Source: a virus (Duplodnaviria; Caudoviricetes). From it: a DNA stretch of 37,100 nucleotides. The DNA is taken from positions 1 to 37,100 of the IMG/VR virus record IMGVR_UViG_3300011338_000713, one strand, 5' to 3'. Within the stretch, counting starts at the first letter, position 1. The number at the start of each line of letters is the position of its first letter. Positions 34,499 through 37,100 of the stretch are shown piece by piece. The position numbers and the translations under genes were made by a program. Below the pieces are notes generated by a model. That model was not told the DNA's origin and did no database searches. It saw only the letters and a list, made by a program, of their open reading frames with translations.

Positions 34499-35293
34499 TT
34501 AAAAAGGAAGCTCTTGATCTTTTTTATTCAATGTTGCTTGATATTCATCACGATTTTTAATGATAGCGGTTTTAACTTTATCGTATAGCGTCACAGGCAA
34601 TTTAGATAAATCAGTTACATTAATAGGGTCTTTTTTAAGCGACGCCATTAATGATTTTTTATAATCGTCAGAACAATCATTGTACGCATCTTCAAGTTCA
34701 TCAGCTTGTGCTTTACTTATCAATGCTACTGACGATCTCTCTTTAGTTTCTGGCTTCTTTATAACCTCGTCATTGCGTTTAAATACTCCCTGTGTAAAAG
34801 TATCCCACTTTTTATCAAATGGGTCGGCAGAGTCAAATAAAGCCTCTAGATTACATGGCTTTTCGTTAAATTGATTGATTATGTAATCAGCGGTCGGTTT
34901 GTGCGGTAATGCATTTACCATATATTCAGTTGAAATGCTTTTTCCCTGCTTAATAATTTTTATATCGTAAAAGAATGGCGAACCCCAGTCAGCATCGTCA
35001 CAAAGCATTTGTATTTGCTTTCTTAGAGTTGCTTGTACAATGTGCAATATCTGAATTTCTTCAGTTGCATAATTGAATACTACAAACGCCCAGAAATGAC
35101 GAATTGGCTTTTTAGGATCTATTGATTTTAAAGGCTTATCTTCCATTCTAAAACGAATGGGTCGGTTATTTTCCCAGTCCTCCCATCCGAGAATCGGTGA
35201 TGTTAAAATGCGAATCTTATTCTCGCCTTCAACAAGTTTCATATAATTATTGTTTGCATTTGGTGATTTATAATCTGCTGGTAAAAAACTCAT
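34499..35293 (-). CDS. gp32-like single-stranded DNA-binding protein
   Basis: YMKLVEGENKIRIL, FWAFVVFNY, IQILHI, WGSP..YDIKIIKQGKSISTEYMV; C-terminal tip DQELPF; ATG 35293 after GGAG (track start 35305). Confidence 0.7.
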   Translation of the reverse strand: MSFLPADYKSPNANNNYMKLVEGENKIRILTSPILGWEDWENNRPIRFRMEDKPLKSIDPKKPIRHFWAFVVFNYATEEIQILHIVQATLRKQIQMLCDDADWGSPFFYDIKIIKQGKSISTEYMVNALPHKPTADYIINQFNEKPCNLEALFDSADPFDKKWDTFTQGVFKRNDEVIKKPETKERSSVALISKAQADELEDAYNDCSDDYKKSLMASLKKDPINVTDLSKLPVTLYDKVKTAIIKNRDEYQATLNKKDQELPF

Positions 35294-35463
35294 ATTATTC
35301 TCCATGTTTTTGTTAACTCTTGTTGTGTTTGATTAAATTGTTTTGTTTTTTCTTTTCTTAAATCTATCAATCTACGATAGACTTTTAATGCATATGTAAT
35401 TTCTTCTTCTATTTGTTGTAGCTCTATATAATACTCATCGTATGAATAATTATTGTTGAACAT
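35290..35463 (-). CDS. 57-aa hypothetical protein
   Basis: MFNNNYSYDEYYIELQQIEEEI...; SD GAGGGA; TGA overlaps the SSB ATG. Confidence 0.6.
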   Translation of the reverse strand: MFNNNYSYDEYYIELQQIEEEITYALKVYRRLIDLRKEKTKQFNQTQQELTKTWRII

Positions 35464-35525
35464 AATTCCCTCTTTTTTTATAAAGAGATTGAGACGTTAA
35501 TCTCATTTCTCATTTGATCCTTTAG

Positions 35526-35555
35526 CAGGGTGCTAAGAACACCCTGTTTTTTTTT
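35526..35555 (+). terminator. Intrinsic terminator oriented against the local genes
   Basis: CAGGGTG/CACCCTG stem, 7-nt loop, then 9 T on the + strand. Confidence 0.6.
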
Positions 35556-35847
35556 ACCACTCTCTTAATTTTTTCTCGTGATAACCTTTAATTATACAGT
35601 CATAAACTTTATCATAATATTTGTTGTATGCTGTAGACCATTGTTTTTTAATTTTCATTAATCTCATAATATCGTCTAAATTTGTCATTTCGTCGTAGCA
35701 ACCAGATTCGTCATCTTCAACAAACCTTTCGACTATCATCTCTTTCATCAGTTCTCTAAAATCTTCTTCATCTTCGTAGTAATCAGGATAAGGATAATCT
35801 TCACCAACTCTCTGTTCGTAATCTGGGTTTAATTGTGAATCTAACAT
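35554..35847 (-). CDS. Acidic hypothetical protein, first gene of the leftward arm
   Basis: 97 aa, D/E/Y-rich; SD AAGGA. Confidence 0.7.
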   Translation of the reverse strand: MLDSQLNPDYEQRVGEDYPYPDYYEDEEDFRELMKEMIVERFVEDDESGCYDEMTNLDDIMRLMKIKKQWSTAYNKYYDKVYDCIIKGYHEKKLREW

Positions 35848-35896
35848 TTTTTAATCCTTTTTTTGTGTTTTGTGTTTTTTGTGTGTTTTGTTTATC

Positions 35897-35953
35897 CTTG
35901 ACATTTTGTCTTGAATAACTATAATATAATACATATTCAGATAATTCGTCAAG
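35897..35953. promoter_or_regulatory. Overlapping divergent sigma70 promoters
   Basis: + strand TTGACA(35898-35903)-N16-TATAAT(35920-35925); - strand TTGACG(35952-35947)-N18-TATATT(35928-35923); flanked by long T-rich and A-rich tracts. Confidence 0.7.
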
Positions 35954-35999
35954 AAAAAAGATAAAAAAAAAGAAAAAAAATAAAAGAATATTGTAAACC

Positions 36000-36305
36000 A
36001 TGAACTTAAGAGACTATTTACACTTTAACAAAATATCGAAAAAAGAGCTTGCAGAGCGTGCTGGAATAAACTTCCAGACTTTATACGGTATCATGAAAGG
36101 AAGGAACGCACGTTATTATGATATTTGTCGAATAATCGTTGCTACAGATCATCAAGTTTCTCTATTTGAGATACTGCCAGAGCCGCTTTTAGAAGAAATG
36201 CAACAGATATTGCGTAAAAAATCAATGGATATTCCGTTGATTAATGATAAAAAAGACACTTGTGATGTTTTGACAAAAGCAAGAAACAATAGTTTATTTA
36301 GATAA
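36000..36305 (+). CDS. XRE/Cro-type HTH regulator
   Basis: MNLRDYLHFNKISKKELAERAGINFQTLYGIMKGR; first gene to the right of the divergent promoters. Confidence 0.85.
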   Translation: MNLRDYLHFNKISKKELAERAGINFQTLYGIMKGRNARYYDICRIIVATDHQVSLFEILPEPLLEEMQQILRKKSMDIPLINDKKDTCDVLTKARNNSLFR

Positions 36306-36335
36306 CAAGGATAATTTTAAAATGTGGATATTTTT

Positions 36336-37100
36336 ATGCTCAACGGACTCGACTTATTTACAGGAATCGGAGGAATGTCACTCGCATTGTCAGAATGGGT
36401 TAGACCAATCGCTTATTGCGAAATCGACCCTTATTGTCAAGGAGTTCTCTTGTCACGAATGGACGATGGAAATTTGGAAGAATCTCCCATATGGCCAGAC
36501 ATTAAATCTCTTGACAGGGCTTGTCTAGGTGATATAATTTCTCTCAAAAAGGAGAGTGATTCAATGGCTGGTAAATTGAAAAAAGTAACAGAAGAACAAG
36601 TAGCTCAAGCAGTAAAAAGTTATGATGATGGAATGTCTTTAGCTGATTTGGCGCATATTTATGGAATGACAAGACAAGGAATGTGGGATTTAATACGTAG
36701 ACGAACAACTCTAAGATCAAATTTAAAATATGGAAAAGACAATCATTTCTATAGAGGGGGTGCCCGAGCCGATGCAAGAGCAGGAAAAATACTTGATAAT
36801 GCAATCCGTTATGGAAAATTGCATAATCCTGAAAAATGTTCTGAGTGTGGAAGCTGTGAACGATTCAAAGATGGAAGAACAGCCATCCAAGGACATCATG
36901 ACGACTATAACAAACCTCTCGATGTCAGATGGCTTTGCCAACAATGTCATCACGAATGGCACAAAAACAATGAACCTATCAAATTTACAGGAGAGCCGGA
37001 ACTCACCGAAGATGTCGATATCATCTTCGGCGGGTTCCCGTAATGTCCATGCCAAGATATCAGCATTGCAGGACATGGAAAAGGCTTGGAAGGAGAGCAA
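36336..37100 (+). CDS. C5 cytosine DNA methyltransferase, interrupted by an HNH insert and an in-frame TAA; 3'-truncated
   Basis: Motif [10 protein letters not shown], motif II YCEID, motif III WPDI, motif [20 protein letters not shown], then GKGLEGE in the same frame to the window end. Confidence 0.9.
36511..36554 (+). promoter_or_regulatory. Consensus promoter and RBS embedded in the methyltransferase frame
   Basis: TTGACA(36511-36516)-N16-TATAAT(36533-36538) with extended TGn; SD AAGGAG(36549-36554). Confidence 0.8.
36564..37043 (+). CDS. HTH-HNH homing endonuclease 4, nested in frame within the methyltransferase
   Basis: In-frame ATG 36564; [25 protein letters not shown]; [10 protein letters not shown] linker; CSEC...[23 protein letters not shown]; ends at TAA 37041-37043. 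Confidence 0.85.
   Translation: MAGKLKKVTEEQVAQAVKSYDDGMSLADLAHIYGMTRQGMWDLIRRRTTLRSNLKYGKDNHFYRGGARADARAGKILDNAIRYGKLHNPEKCSECGSCERFKDGRTAIQGHHDDYNKPLDVRWLCQQCHHEWHKNNEPIKFTGEPELTEDVDIIFGGFP

Larger units (their letters stand above)
1..37100. mobile_element. Tailed bacteriophage genome (podovirus-like), partial
   Basis: Contiguous terminase-portal-scaffold-capsid-adaptor-nozzle-ejection-fibre module with no tape measure or sheath gene; divergent early arm; no host housekeeping genes; both window ends fall inside ORFs. Confidence 0.95.

Noticed and set aside
36270-36298. TTGACA near the end of the XRE gene as a methyltransferase promoter
   Set aside because: No convincing -10 hexamer at 16-18 nt spacing.
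36520-37000. Intein explanation for the HNH insert in the methyltransferase
   Set aside because: A CL dipeptide occurs near the start, but there are no block A/B motifs and no terminal HN followed by C/S/T.
36511-37049. Group I or group II intron around the HNH
   Set aside because: Methyltransferase motif IV residues lie on both sides of the stop with only 9 nt between them, leaving no room for a ribozyme core.
1-37100. Genome-wide stop-codon reassignment explaining the TAA at 37041
   Set aside because: TAA is used as the normal stop for terL, portal, capsid and many other genes, and core genes are intact under the standard code.
1-37100. tRNA or rRNA genes, att sites, terminal repeats
   Set aside because: None recognised; the two window ends share no visible repeat.

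Overview
This AT-rich window is most of a tailed-phage genome with podovirus-like architecture, cut inside genes at both ends. The + strand carries a replication initiator with an internal origin, a resolvase-like nuclease, TerS/TerL, a P22-like portal, scaffold, an N4-gp56-like major capsid, adaptor and nozzle-type tail proteins, ejection proteins and three fibre/adhesin genes. The - strand carries an early arm (gp32-like SSB, YqaJ/lambda-type exonuclease, many small ORFs), followed by overlapping divergent promoters, an XRE/Cro HTH gene and a C5 cytosine methyltransferase. Four HNH homing endonucleases are present. The main result is at the right end. The methyltransferase carries an in-frame HTH-HNH insert with its own consensus promoter and RBS. 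Its catalytic motif is interrupted by a 9-nt, stop-containing gap between two Pro codons (GGF-CCG TAA TGT CCA-CQDIS), which suggests a minimal homing endonuclease plus ribosome-bypass cassette like T4 mobA/gene 60. Other highlights are an antisense RNA polymerase alpha-CTD-like gene in the head operon, repeated UCGY-loop hairpins in the leaders of two virion genes, a candidate counter-transcript upstream of rep, and a small ORF ending in a CaaX motif. No integrase, CI-type repressor or endolysin was recognised. All family calls are by-eye motif recognition; no searches were run.
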